DNA of 64,000 nucleotides, taken from the NCBI GenBank assembly GCA_964019335.1, contig OZ025656.1, positions 620,001-684,000 of the forward strand. Direction: 5' to 3'. How positions within the stretch are numbered: the stretch's first letter is position 1; every line of letters starts with the position of its first letter. The notes beneath the pieces are model-generated. The model did no database searches and was not told where the DNA came from. It saw only the letters and a program-made list of their open reading frames with translations. The position numbers were made by a program, and so were the translations under genes. The stretch is from Diplonema japonicum (Eukaryota > Protista > Euglenozoa: Diplonemea). Below are positions 23,664 through 33,755 of this stretch, in pieces.

Positions 23664-26600
23664 ATGTGGGAGTATTGGACAGGATGCAATGCTGAATCGA
23701 ACGAAGAAAGAGAGAGAGCAACAGGCCTTGTCGAAGGCCCTTATGGTATATTGCTGTTTAAGACTGAAGTGGAGAACTGGCTGCGTGATGCATGCGAAGG
23801 CAGTGGGTGCCGGAAGGTGGAGGTGTGTGTGAGGGAAACAAGAAAGCGGCCCAGCACCGAGTCTGGCAGCGGGCAGAAGAAGGCCAAAGGAGCAACTCAA
23901 CATGCCGAGGCGCAGTGTAGTCTATGTAAAGGAGCCCTCCACACTTCGCACCCATGCCCTGTCACGGGCACGTTGCACGAAACCTTCAAGACCCCTTCCC
24001 ACATCCAGGTAACCTTTGACCCTGCTCTGTTGACTCTCTATTGCGCAGCGCATGCAGATAACAAGCAGCTAGCTTCCCTTTCTGGTGTAGAGGCTACACT
24101 TCCCTTGGCACCTGCCTCGTACCAGTGTGGTGTGGCGCCCCGTAGTAGCATCGAAGGTTTCCCTTCTCGTTGCCTCTATTTGGTGGAGACGGGTTCCTCC
24201 AGGGATAGGAAGATCCTTACGCCGCCTTGTGTGCTCACGCTCCCCCCGCGTCCCACCTCCACCGTCGACATCGAGGTGTCTGGATACGGCGACGCCCTCT
24301 TCCCTGCCGTGAAGGCTGCTCTCATGAAGGTTTCATTCTTCTACACCGACAACAGCTCCTCTGCAACGCGCAGCATACCCCTCGTGCAGGAGGCCGTCTC
24401 GTCTATGTACCCCGACACCGCTATCTTCTCAAAGCCCTACAATGACGTCTGCCTGTTCTGCGTCTGCGGCATCGGCAGCGTGACCGTGCCTTCATGGATC
24501 ACACACACGGCCTTTGTCACGCTCCCCTCCTTCTCTTTGTATGTAAACTACACGGCACTGGCGCAGCAGATGTCGTACGGCATCTCGCCGCCGCCCACTG
24601 CCTACCACAAGCACGCCCCAGTCTACGAGTATTCCTGCAAGTCGGAGTGGGCTGCTTTCCCTCCCTCCGACTGCCACCTCCTCGACGCTATGTTTGAGTT
24701 CCGGAACATCTTCCACACGCCTCTTGCCATCGGGAGCGGTGCACTGTACTGTGTGTGCACCGATGGCTCGACGATGACTTCTCTCGGGACGGATGAAGGG
24801 CTGGTGTACAGCATCAGGAGATCCTCTTCACTGATAGTGGAAGACATCAGACAGGGAGACCTGGTGAGGCGGCGGGACGGGGAGGTGGGCGAGGTGACCT
24901 TCATCCGCGGCATGGAGTGCAAGGTGCGCTTCAAGGGGCCGAAGCTATGGGTTGGGCTCGCGACTGAGCTACACCGTGTGGACATACGAGAGATTGACAG
25001 ACGGCTGAAGCAAAAGTGCAGCGGGAAAGAGGAACATGCGGTTGCAGTGTTTGGCCCCCCTGCAGGGATGAAGGAGGCGGTGGAGTACATCAAAAAGGTG
25101 TCTGCCATCACCCGACGAAGTGTCATGGTGCCGCCTGCTGCGTGCCATGTCTTCGCTGACAAGCGGAAAGACATCAAACGCGCGAGCGGCATACACCTCT
25201 TGAAGCTGCACGCCAACAGGATTGTGATAGGTGGCACCCCTGCTGAGCTTGCTGCAGCCACGCGTATTATCCGTAGCATCTACATGAGGTACACTGCAGG
25301 CCTCCAGAAGCACCACGTGGCGAACATCCTTAAGGAGATAAGGCTCGACATGAGCAAGGTGCGGCACCACGTTCAGGTACACAACAGCCTCACCAAGCTT
25401 GATGAAAACGGGAAGTGCTTCACTGCAACCACTAGCCCCACTGCAACCCTCCCCGACCCCCATCCCCTGTTCTTCGACAGAAATGCTGAAGATGAGCACC
25501 AAAAGCAAGCATCACTGATGTGGGCTAATCTAGACGACTACTCTGATAAGATACGACGGGAGGCGTCGAAGTTCCTGGTGTTCCCCGAAGAAGCATGGAA
25601 CGTGGCAGCAGCACAGGCGGGGCTGCGAAAGAACACAAACATCATAATCACTGCTGAGGAGAAAGGCATCCGTTCAGGCGACGAAGTAACAATACACCCA
25701 AAGTCTCTTTGGAAATATCAGTGGGGTGCGGTGGCACCCGATGAGGTAGGCAGGGTACTTGAGACCGACGGGACATGGTGCAGGGTTGCCTTCCCTGGCC
25801 ACCAAATGTGGAAAGGGAAGAATGTCGATGTGAAGTTGCGTAAGTCATCCAACGAGGGCAAGGTGTGCAAGGTCGAAGTGGGGCTGCAAGGAATCGACGA
25901 CGGGGGTGCTATACAGTTCTCACGGTGCGTCACGAAATGGCTGACAGGCGTGCTGCGTGGCACCATTGACGATGGTGTGCCAACATGCGTGGTCATCGAT
26001 GTGCAGACAGAGAAGCAGAAGGTCACCTTGCAATGCCCGAACACGAACAGGTACAGCCTCGCACCGCTGGTGTCCGTCACTGACACATTTGACTATAAGC
26101 TGCACAACGTGATCATGAGGCTGCTGCATCTGAAGTGGCGCAGCATGTGCGACATGTACCTCAATGAGCAGGTGGTGGAGCACGTCAGCAACTACGACGT
26201 TGCGGTGGCTGTCGACGCAAAGGTGACTGCCATGTTGCGCAGCGCCAGCGTGTGGGGCGCAGAGCTTGTGGCAGAAGTGGGAAAATTGCGTGAATCCATC
26301 AGAATATGGTGGGAAACGCCTGTTGTGACACCTGACGAGGTGACCTTCGTAGACACGGACGGCGATGTGAACAAGCTGAAGCGCAAGGACGGCAGGGTGC
26401 ACTTCCACGACGAGGAAGGCTACGTGCCTGTCACCAGCATCAACTATACCATCAGCACACGCGAGCTCACGCTTACCACCGAGGCCGAGACATGGAACAT
26501 GGTTCTGCCGTGCAATGTAGAACTTCTTCGTGCTTTGCAGATGCTCTTCAGTGCGAACGGCCTTGCATCGGCACTCGACACAAAGGACATGAACTTGGAG

Positions 26601-28004
26601 CCTTTCGCTGTGTTCCTCGAGTCGCATGTGGTGGACGTCACGCAGACGTGGAAGGACGAGCTCACTGCTGTGTCCTTCGACATGAAGAACAAGCTGCACG
26701 CGATGCGAAACAAGCGTCTGCAGGCCAGCAGCGTTACTATGCCCGCAGAGACTTTAACCTACAAGGAAAGAGTAGCTAACGTAAGCGGCTGTTCCGTGTG
26801 TCTTACTGAAGGTCATGTCGAAGGTTTCTCCGATCAGATCAAACGATACAAAGACGCACTAGAGCGCGAGCTCCCCACACTGGGTGTACCAAGTGACTGC
26901 ACCACCCGCATCCCAACTGCACTCGAAGAACAGTTAAAGGAGAACAACAACCTGTTACTGGCGCTGGTGGGTGCCACGACACAAACAGAAACCTCGCTGC
27001 ACGGCCAAGCCCTGCACCTCAAGGGACCTATTGGAAGGCTGAGGGACGCCATGGACCTGCTGAAGATACATGATGCAAGCCTCGAGGATCCGGACACAGG
27101 GAACGTACAAGTCATCCCCATTAGATGCTGCCAGGGCACAGGTAGAACTGAACAGCTGTCGTGCGGTCATCAAGTGCACAAGGAATGCCTCAATGTGGAA
27201 GATGGCGTGCGGTGCGGTGTGTGCACAGAGCTGCTGAGGGTACCGGAGCTCAAAAGGCTGTTCGGCGGTCGAGGTTTGCTGAATATGCTCAGCTCACAAA
27301 TGAATGCTGCGATTGCACAGGACACACGGCTACAGAGGTGCGCATGTGGCGAGCTTATATACGTAGACGGGGATGCCGATATAGAAGTAAGCTGCGCAGC
27401 ATGCGGGCAGAGGGAGGGAAGAATGATGGAAACGGCTCCCCCCGTGCTGGTGGAGATGCCTCCGAACGAGACAGTGTGCCATTCCTGTGGCGTGGCAAGG
27501 TTCAAGAAGGGAGGGACGTGTTACGAGTGCTTCAGCTGTCAAGTCTGCGAAAAGTGTAAACTATGCCCTGAGGGACACACTGTAGTGCCTGCTGTGTTCG
27601 AAGCCCCTGAGAGCAGCTCTGTGCTGTGCCTCATGGGGCATAGCTTGGACGAGGTCACGGAACCAAAGCAGTGCGGCATTTGCAGAAGGGTCCACCAGCT
27701 GGCTTTCTCCTGCGAAACATGCTTGAATGTCACATGTGCGCAGTGCCTGAAGCCAAAGGAGCCCTTTCTTGCCCACATGGACGATTGCTTTTGGGAGGAC
27801 CTGCAGTTGCACCCCAACAAGGCCTCCTCTGGCACACCTATCCCCCCCTCTCAAGGCACGGACAGCTTGTCGCTTACGTTTCTCTACCATATATGTGGCA
27901 CTGCACCTGCTAGAGCATCACCCTTCCGCAGTTCTTATTCTCGTACTTCTACGGGAAGGTTGGGAAGAGGTTCTTTCCTGTCTAGAGCCTTCCCTTTTTT
28001 GTGA
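23664..28004 (+). CDS. Large multidomain protein, probable E3 ubiquitin ligase (WWE-like, two HERC2/KEG-type SH3-like repeats, KH-like, RING-like and several C-terminal Zn fingers); 3' end uncertain
   Basis: 1446-aa ORF. YEY...EWAAFP...L...Y.V....M......IRR (WWE-like); GDEV..HP...KYQWGAV...VGRV......VAFPG...WKG (HERC2/KEG repeat); LSCGHQVHKECL...VRCGVC (RING-like) followed by many CxxC pairs. May end at 28140 through a GC-AG intron at 27822-27855. Confidence 0.88.
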   Translation: MWEYWTGCNAESNEERERATGLVEGPYGILLFKTEVENWLRDACEGSGCRKVEVCVRETRKRPSTESGSGQKKAKGATQHAEAQCSLCKGALHTSHPCPVTGTLHETFKTPSHIQVTFDPALLTLYCAAHADNKQLASLSGVEATLPLAPASYQCGVAPRSSIEGFPSRCLYLVETGSSRDRKILTPPCVLTLPPRPTSTVDIEVSGYGDALFPAVKAALMKVSFFYTDNSSSATRSIPLVQEAVSSMYPDTAIFSKPYNDVCLFCVCGIGSVTVPSWITHTAFVTLPSFSLYVNYTALAQQMSYGISPPPTAYHKHAPVYEYSCKSEWAAFPPSDCHLLDAMFEFRNIFHTPLAIGSGALYCVCTDGSTMTSLGTDEGLVYSIRRSSSLIVEDIRQGDLVRRRDGEVGEVTFIRGMECKVRFKGPKLWVGLATELHRVDIREIDRRLKQKCSGKEEHAVAVFGPPAGMKEAVEYIKKVSAITRRSVMVPPAACHVFADKRKDIKRASGIHLLKLHANRIVIGGTPAELAAATRIIRSIYMRYTAGLQKHHVANILKEIRLDMSKVRHHVQVHNSLTKLDENGKCFTATTSPTATLPDPHPLFFDRNAEDEHQKQASLMWANLDDYSDKIRREASKFLVFPEEAWNVAAAQAGLRKNTNIIITAEEKGIRSGDEVTIHPKSLWKYQWGAVAPDEVGRVLETDGTWCRVAFPGHQMWKGKNVDVKLRKSSNEGKVCKVEVGLQGIDDGGAIQFSRCVTKWLTGVLRGTIDDGVPTCVVIDVQTEKQKVTLQCPNTNRYSLAPLVSVTDTFDYKLHNVIMRLLHLKWRSMCDMYLNEQVVEHVSNYDVAVAVDAKVTAMLRSASVWGAELVAEVGKLRESIRIWWETPVVTPDEVTFVDTDGDVNKLKRKDGRVHFHDEEGYVPVTSINYTISTRELTLTTEAETWNMVLPCNVELLRALQMLFSANGLASALDTKDMNLEPFAVFLESHVVDVTQTWKDELTAVSFDMKNKLHAMRNKRLQASSVTMPAETLTYKERVANVSGCSVCLTEGHVEGFSDQIKRYKDALERELPTLGVPSDCTTRIPTALEEQLKENNNLLLALVGATTQTETSLHGQALHLKGPIGRLRDAMDLLKIHDASLEDPDTGNVQVIPIRCCQGTGRTEQLSCGHQVHKECLNVEDGVRCGVCTELLRVPELKRLFGGRGLLNMLSSQMNAAIAQDTRLQRCACGELIYVDGDADIEVSCAACGQREGRMMETAPPVLVEMPPNETVCHSCGVARFKKGGTCYECFSCQVCEKCKLCPEGHTVVPAVFEAPESSSVLCLMGHSLDEVTEPKQCGICRRVHQLAFSCETCLNVTCAQCLKPKEPFLAHMDDCFWEDLQLHPNKASSGTPIPPSQGTDSLSLTFLYHICGTAPARASPFRSSYSRTSTGRLGRGSFLSRAFPFL

Positions 28005-28817
28005 ATTTGTGGGGAAAGAAAAGAGAGAGGTAGGTGAAAGAAAGAATGAAAAAAAAAATGAAAAGTGTGCCGGAAAAAAGATTATAACCCCTCCCACCCC
28101 CCCTTTTTTTTCTAGCACTGCCGTCGGTGTGTCACTCTAGCCCCTGACCCCTCCCACATGTTACTCATCTGGTTCCCTATTATTTTTTTTCTTTGCTTTT
28201 TTATTTCCCCCCCCAAGCAGACCCATTCTCAAAGTAAAGTTTAAAAAAAAAAAGAAGGAGGAGAATGAAGGAAAACAAATCTGAACTAGAGTTATGGGAT
28301 AAGGTTTCTGATGTTTCTTTTTGTTTTTTTGTTTTTTTTTTCTTCCTTTTTTTTAAAAAGGGATTCATGTGCAATAAAGCAATACACAGGTACTTTGAGG
28401 TGCCTCTTAGAAAGAAGAATGGAGCTACTAGGCTCGTTCACACCCACGCATCTCCTTGTCGTTTCCCCCCCCCTTTTTTTTATCACAACGCTCCGGCCAT
28501 CTGCGCATTAAAACGAAGAGTCGAGGAAAAGAAATGAAGGAAAGAAAAAGGGGGGGGGGAAATTCTTAAGAAAAGCAGTTTTTATAAAATGACATGAAGC
28601 ATAATAAAAAGAAAGAGAGATTTTCAAAAGGAAGAATTTTTTTGTACTAGCAGCAACACAGAAACAACCACCTCCCCCCTCACCCACACGCCCCCGGGTC
28701 TTTCTCTTTATCTGCCCCTGTTTTTCTTTTTTTTCTTTTTCCATAAGATAATAGTCCACGTAATGGTTTCATTGCTTGCTATCTGTCCCACCACACACTG
28801 CAGGGGCTCACCCCAGA

Positions 28818-31585
28818 TGAGCGAAGCGCATGAAGCACCGGAGGCTGAGAAGAAGCTGCTTGACCAGCTTGCAGCAAAGGATGAAGAGCTTCTAAAGCTT
28901 AAAGAAGAGTTAATGCGACTGAAGGCCGGCAGTACCACAGAAGAGAAACCTACGCCTCCAGTGCAGCAGACTATTCCAGTGCAGCCTGTGAAGAAGGCAC
29001 TCCTTGCGCACCTTCCCTATGAATGCATTTCGACAAAATCCCCCGATGGCAGGGACCACTGGCCGAATATCGCAAGAGTCACCCCACCCGCTGACTTCCG
29101 TGACAGCTTCAACGAGATGGTGAAGGTCGGGTGCTACTGCTGGCGCATCGTCGACAAGGTGGTCTTCTCGTCCAAAGGCGACCGCAAGCAAGAACGCGTG
29201 CTCGCTGTGACAGCCGAGTTTCTCTTTATTTGCGACCTCTCTGCGAACATCAACAGAGTCTTGCGCTGCAGGGACATCGAGCGCGTTCTCATCCAAGAGA
29301 CACCGTCCACCACAGTTGTTGTCTTCAAGGCTTACGACCAGTGCGAAGAACACTCCGTCATGATAGAGCTGAACAGCGATCCCCGCAACCCCAACAACAA
29401 GCCGCTTCACCCTATCTTCGCGCTAAACTACACGCGCAAGCCGAAGACCAAGACGGACCTTGAGATGATACGTGTTGCACCCACCACAGACCTTCGGCGC
29501 CACCCTGCTGCGGGGTGCTTCACAAAGCCACAAGGGTACCTTGCACCGCATCTCAAAATCCAGAAATGGCGGGAGACTGGGAAGTGGCCGTGCGGCTCGT
29601 CGTCAATCCCCCCCACCGCCAGGTCGGTGCCGGGGGCCCACAAGCTGAAGACCATGGACACCCTTCTGAAGAAGTCGGTCACGTTCGTCGGCGACGGGCA
29701 GGAGACAAGCATCAGGGTCATGGCCAACGGTGGTCTGGAGTGGGTGGCAGGCGGCTCTGCTGTACCGATTGAATCCCTTAAGTACAACTCCCAGGCACTT
29801 ACTCTGTCCTCGCAGTCATGCACCGTAAATGTCATGTCGCCAGAACCAGGCCCTAAGTTGGACACACTGCTTAGGGACCTTGCAATGCTTGCTGCAAAGG
29901 CAAGAGTGCCTGCCACAGGCCTTCCCATCACTGTCAGGCGCCAGAAGGTTAAAACATTTGAGAGGTCTGCTTCTGTAGACTCCATCGACAGGATGAAGCA
30001 AGCGGCACCCCCTCGCGAAGCCAGCCCCACAGTGCCGAATGTGCAGGCGCTCATGACAGTATGTAAATGTATCACAGCAACTTTCCGCAGGAGATACGCT
30101 TCACGGACACCGACGGCGACGTCAGCGTGCTGCGCCTTCTCAACGGGAAGCTGGAGTGGTGGGCTAACGGATCTCTCGAAGTTCCTGCCTGCAGTGTGAT
30201 CAAGTATGCCATTGTTCTTTTAAACACGCAACAGGTTCCACGACGGTGTTCTGACCTCGGGGCCTGTGTCTGCGCGTATAGCGGTGCCCACTGGTGAGGA
30301 GCGCAAGGAGATGTTCCGGCTGGTGGCATATGTAGCGCAGCTTGTTGGCGTTAAAGTGATGGGGCTGCCCATCATCGGGCCTGGCGAGACCATGGCGTTG
30401 CCCGTGATCACAACCAGCATGATCGAGAAGCGGGAGACACTGGGAGGCGATGCCAGGAGCGACGCCGGGAGCGTGACCAGCAGTGTAGTGTCCACGTCGA
30501 CGGCCTCGTACAGGCACAACCCCTACGCCACGGACGACGAGGATGCGGGTGGTACCTTTGCCTCGCCAGCCTCGTCTTTCTCTAGTACCTCTTCTGCCCA
30601 GTACATCTACAACCCCACGGACCCTTACAGCACGTACCCCCGTCAGGTCCCGTCCCCCGTCCCCTCGATGCACAGCGACCAGACAGATGCCTCGCACCCC
30701 TCGCTCCTCTCTTCGCTCGACGCGCTCAACCACGCCTCTGACCGGTCAGACACCTCTGCTGACCACCATGCCCCGATGCCGTCGCACCATCACGTCCCAC
30801 ACCCCGTGCAGCCTGTCATGCATTACAACCCCGCCCCTGCTCCTGTTCCTGCACCGGTATCGCCTCCAGTATCGAGCGCACCACCGCCGCCAAGCACCCA
30901 AGCACAGCAGGCGTACGTCATGACAGACGTGACGGCGCACATGCAGCAGTTGAGTCCCATGAACCTGACACACGTGCAGCCCGCGATGCAGGAAGGCGCG
31001 TGCATGAGGGTATGCTTTATTTTCCTTCTTTTTCATGTTACATTCATGTTACATTAAACAGCTCGCGGTGATGTTCAAGCACGGGAGGCGTGGGGAGTAC
31101 GCTTCGAGACTTGCAGTACCGCCTCGTGCATATGTGCTAGTAGAGCACCCTGATGGAATGGACATCGCACTAGTAGTGGGGGTAAGGCAAGGGGGGCGGG
31201 TGAGCGACAAGTGGAAGGTCCTGCGGACAGCGACACAGGAGGAGGTGCTTCTGTGGCAGTCGCTAGTGGTGGAGGAAGAGACCGCATTGGAGTTCATGAG
31301 GGAGTACGTGGCGCACTCAGGCGTCCCGATCACCTTGCACAGGGCAGAATACCAGATTGACAAGAAGAAGCTAACGTTTCACTTCTCAAGTGAGGTGTGT
31401 AGGGATAAAAGCAACAAGAAGAAAAAAAGAAAAAAAAAAAGGTACTCCACCCTGATTTCGTGTCTCTGGTGCACCACGCCCACGCGCGATTTGGTTGCAG
31501 AATCTGGATGAACAACTGCCAGCCTCGAAAGGGCGAGCGGGGAGAGCTCATCGACCTTAGTTCCGAGCCTTGCCCTACTTATTAA
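28818..31585 (+). CDS. Five-exon gene: coiled coil, PH/myosin-TH1-like domain, two copies of an uncharacterised FxDxDGD domain, low-complexity linker, C-terminal PSP1-C domain
   Basis: GT-AG introns 30059-30090, 30204-30234, 31010-31061 and 31395-31441 join the track ORFs in frame. The C-terminus V.FKHGR...YVLVE..DG.DIA.V...KVLRTAT.EE...AEYQIDKKKLTFHF....PDFVSLV.....FGCRIWMN matches the PSP1 C-terminal domain. Stop TAA at 31583-31585. Start could be 28763. Confidence 0.88.
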
Positions 31586-31658
31586 GGGTGTTCACAAAGA
31601 CAAAGGCGTAAATAAAAAACTTTTTCTTTTTTAGAGGAAATAAAAAAAAATGAATTAA

Positions 31659-31858
31659 CCCATAAAGGACTAGCATTTCGAGAGTGAGTCACACTGAAAC
31701 TTTATCGAAAATTAGCGTTCCTCCAAGTACTGCATTTGTATCGTGCGCATGCAAACATATGCTAAGAACCTACTTTTTTTTTTCTTTTTCTTTTTTTTCT
31801 TTTCTGCAGCATGAAAGAAGGAACTTTGACTGATTTATCAGTTGGTCTGCTTTATGGG
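31659..31858. mobile_element. 200-bp piggyBac-type MITE
   Basis: TTAA-CCCATAAAG ... CTTTATGGG-TTAA (TTAA at 31655-31658 and 31859-31862). The first 7 bp match the TIR of the 18845 element. Confidence 0.65.
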
Positions 31859-31885
31859 TTAAAAAAAAGAGAACAAAAAAAAAGG

Positions 31886-32085
31886 GCTTTCTTACCAACA
31901 AATAGTGAGCTCAAGTAGTTCAAAATATCGGTGTACTCTAGGCTCGTTTGGAGGTAAGTAAGTAGTTTTATTTCACATTTCTGTCATTTAAGTCACTCAC
32001 TGCTCTCATCCTGGATGTAAAAACCTGATCCTGTAAGTGCAGTGAAAAAAAGAAAATGACGAAAAAAGGAATAAAACAGTTATTT
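31886..32085 (+). mobile_element. Miniature degenerate family-B-related hairpin element
   Basis: TTACCAACAAATAGTGAGC ... GGCTCGTTTGGAGGTAAGTAA-GTAGTT-TTATTTCAC..GTCATTTAAGTCACTCACT ... GAAAATGACGAAAAAAGGAATAAAACAGTTATTT parallels the ends and internal site of 7354-7900. Confidence 0.65.
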
Positions 32086-33260
32086 TTTTTGTGTTTGTTT
32101 AGCAAAATAGCCGAACATTATAGACTTTTTGGGTGGGTCATGGGGAAAAAAAAAAAAAAAAGAGGGAGGGGAGAGATGGTGTGTGGGAGGGTTTTTTCTA
32201 TTGAACGAAAGAGGGAGGAGAATAAGAAAAAAAAAGAGAAAAAAAAAAAAGAAATAGCTTTTTGTGCACTGTAAATATTCATTATAGTGTCGCAACTTTG
32301 ATAACGAAGAGTGCATTAGCGGGAAGGGGGACACAAGAAAAGCGAGGGGAAAAAAAAAGGAAAAAAGGGAGTCTATTCTCAAATTCTCATGCATGCAACC
32401 GCTTTTCACCGTCTTCCGACCTATTTCGTTTTTGTTACAATACAGTCATCTTGCCCCCCTCCCTTCCTCTTTTATATCCCTTTTTTGACCGGCCTTTTCT
32501 CCCCCCCTCCCCTTTCGATATAAGCAGTACTTAAATTTCTTCCGCTTTCTGTTCCCCTCCCCCCCCATCTTTTTTTTACAGCTTCAGCTGTTGAGCTGAA
32601 ACAAGAGAAGAACAACCATACTCTTTTCAAAAAAAAAAAAGAGGGAACCAAAGTACCGGAGGTGACAGACCTCAATACTTCTCTGACAATGCTGCTTATA
32701 CCGTGTGCCCCCTTTTTTTTTCTTTTTCTGGCTGAAGAGAATGCAACAAATAACAAAAGACCACTGGCGAACATACAGGATATACACCAATTTAAACTTT
32801 TTTTTTTCTTTCCTTCTTTTTGATGTTTTTTTTTCTCTCTTTTTCTTTCTGAATACTTTTTTTTTTTGAATCTCGCAACCTTTTGTTTCGCTTTAGGGTT
32901 TACTTTGTGGGTGGGGGGGTGGGAGGGGGGGTAGTGGTTGAAGAGCACGAGAAGAAGGAAAGAAGAAAAGAAAAAGAAAAGAAAAAGGAACACCAGTCAG
33001 AGGAAAGAGGGAACTTCTTGTTCTTTTTTTCTTTCTCTTGTTTATTTCCACCTCCCTCCTTCTGTTTCGTGCTCTCTCTCTCTCTCTTCTTTTTTTCGTT
33101 TCATTGGTAAACGGGGGGTTGGCACTTTACCTCTCTTTTTAACAATTCTGTTTGTCTTCCCCTCCCCCCTTTTTTTTCAAATCTACGCACTTGGTGCGAC
33201 CTTGATTCCTTGTCCGAGTTTTTTTTTTACATTTCTTTTTTTTTTCCTTTTTTTTTTTTA

Positions 33261-33374
33261 CAAGAGCGAGTCTTTGACTTGTCTAAACAAAAGGGGAACG
33301 TTGGCAAAGTGTTACGGGTTTTACAAACTTCTCCAGGTTTTACCCCGGAACGTACAAACCACGGCCAGTTCTTC
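33261..33374 (+). repeat. Short solo derivative of the 10676-11309 element
   Basis: CAAGAGCGAGTCTTTGACTTGTCTAAACAAAAGGGGAACGTTGGCAA..AAACTTCTCCAGGTTTTACCCCGGAACGTACAAACCACGGCCAGTTC, inside a T-rich tract. Confidence 0.8.
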
Positions 33375-33755
33375 TTTTTCCCCTTATGCAGATACAGTTT
33401 GTGTTAAAAAAGAGTTTCCCCTCTTCCACCCAACAGCGAACTGCACAGAGGCGAAAAAGTGAAACTGAAAACAAAGAATGTAAAAAAAAAAAAAAAAAAA
33501 GAGCGTTTTAATTTTTTTTATTGCATAAGGGAGGAGAAGGAAGAAAAAAAAAAAGAAAATATATATATAAAAGCAACAGCAAAATAAACTTTTTAATACC
33601 CCCCCCTTTACTCCCCCTCCCCCCCTTTTTTATTTCTTTTGTGCCTCCTATTCCTTTTTTCCTAAAACCATTAACAAAGCCTACGCACACCTCACAAAGA
33701 CAACAAACAAAACAAAAAAAAAAAGAAAGAAAAAGAAAAAAAAACAAATGGACTG

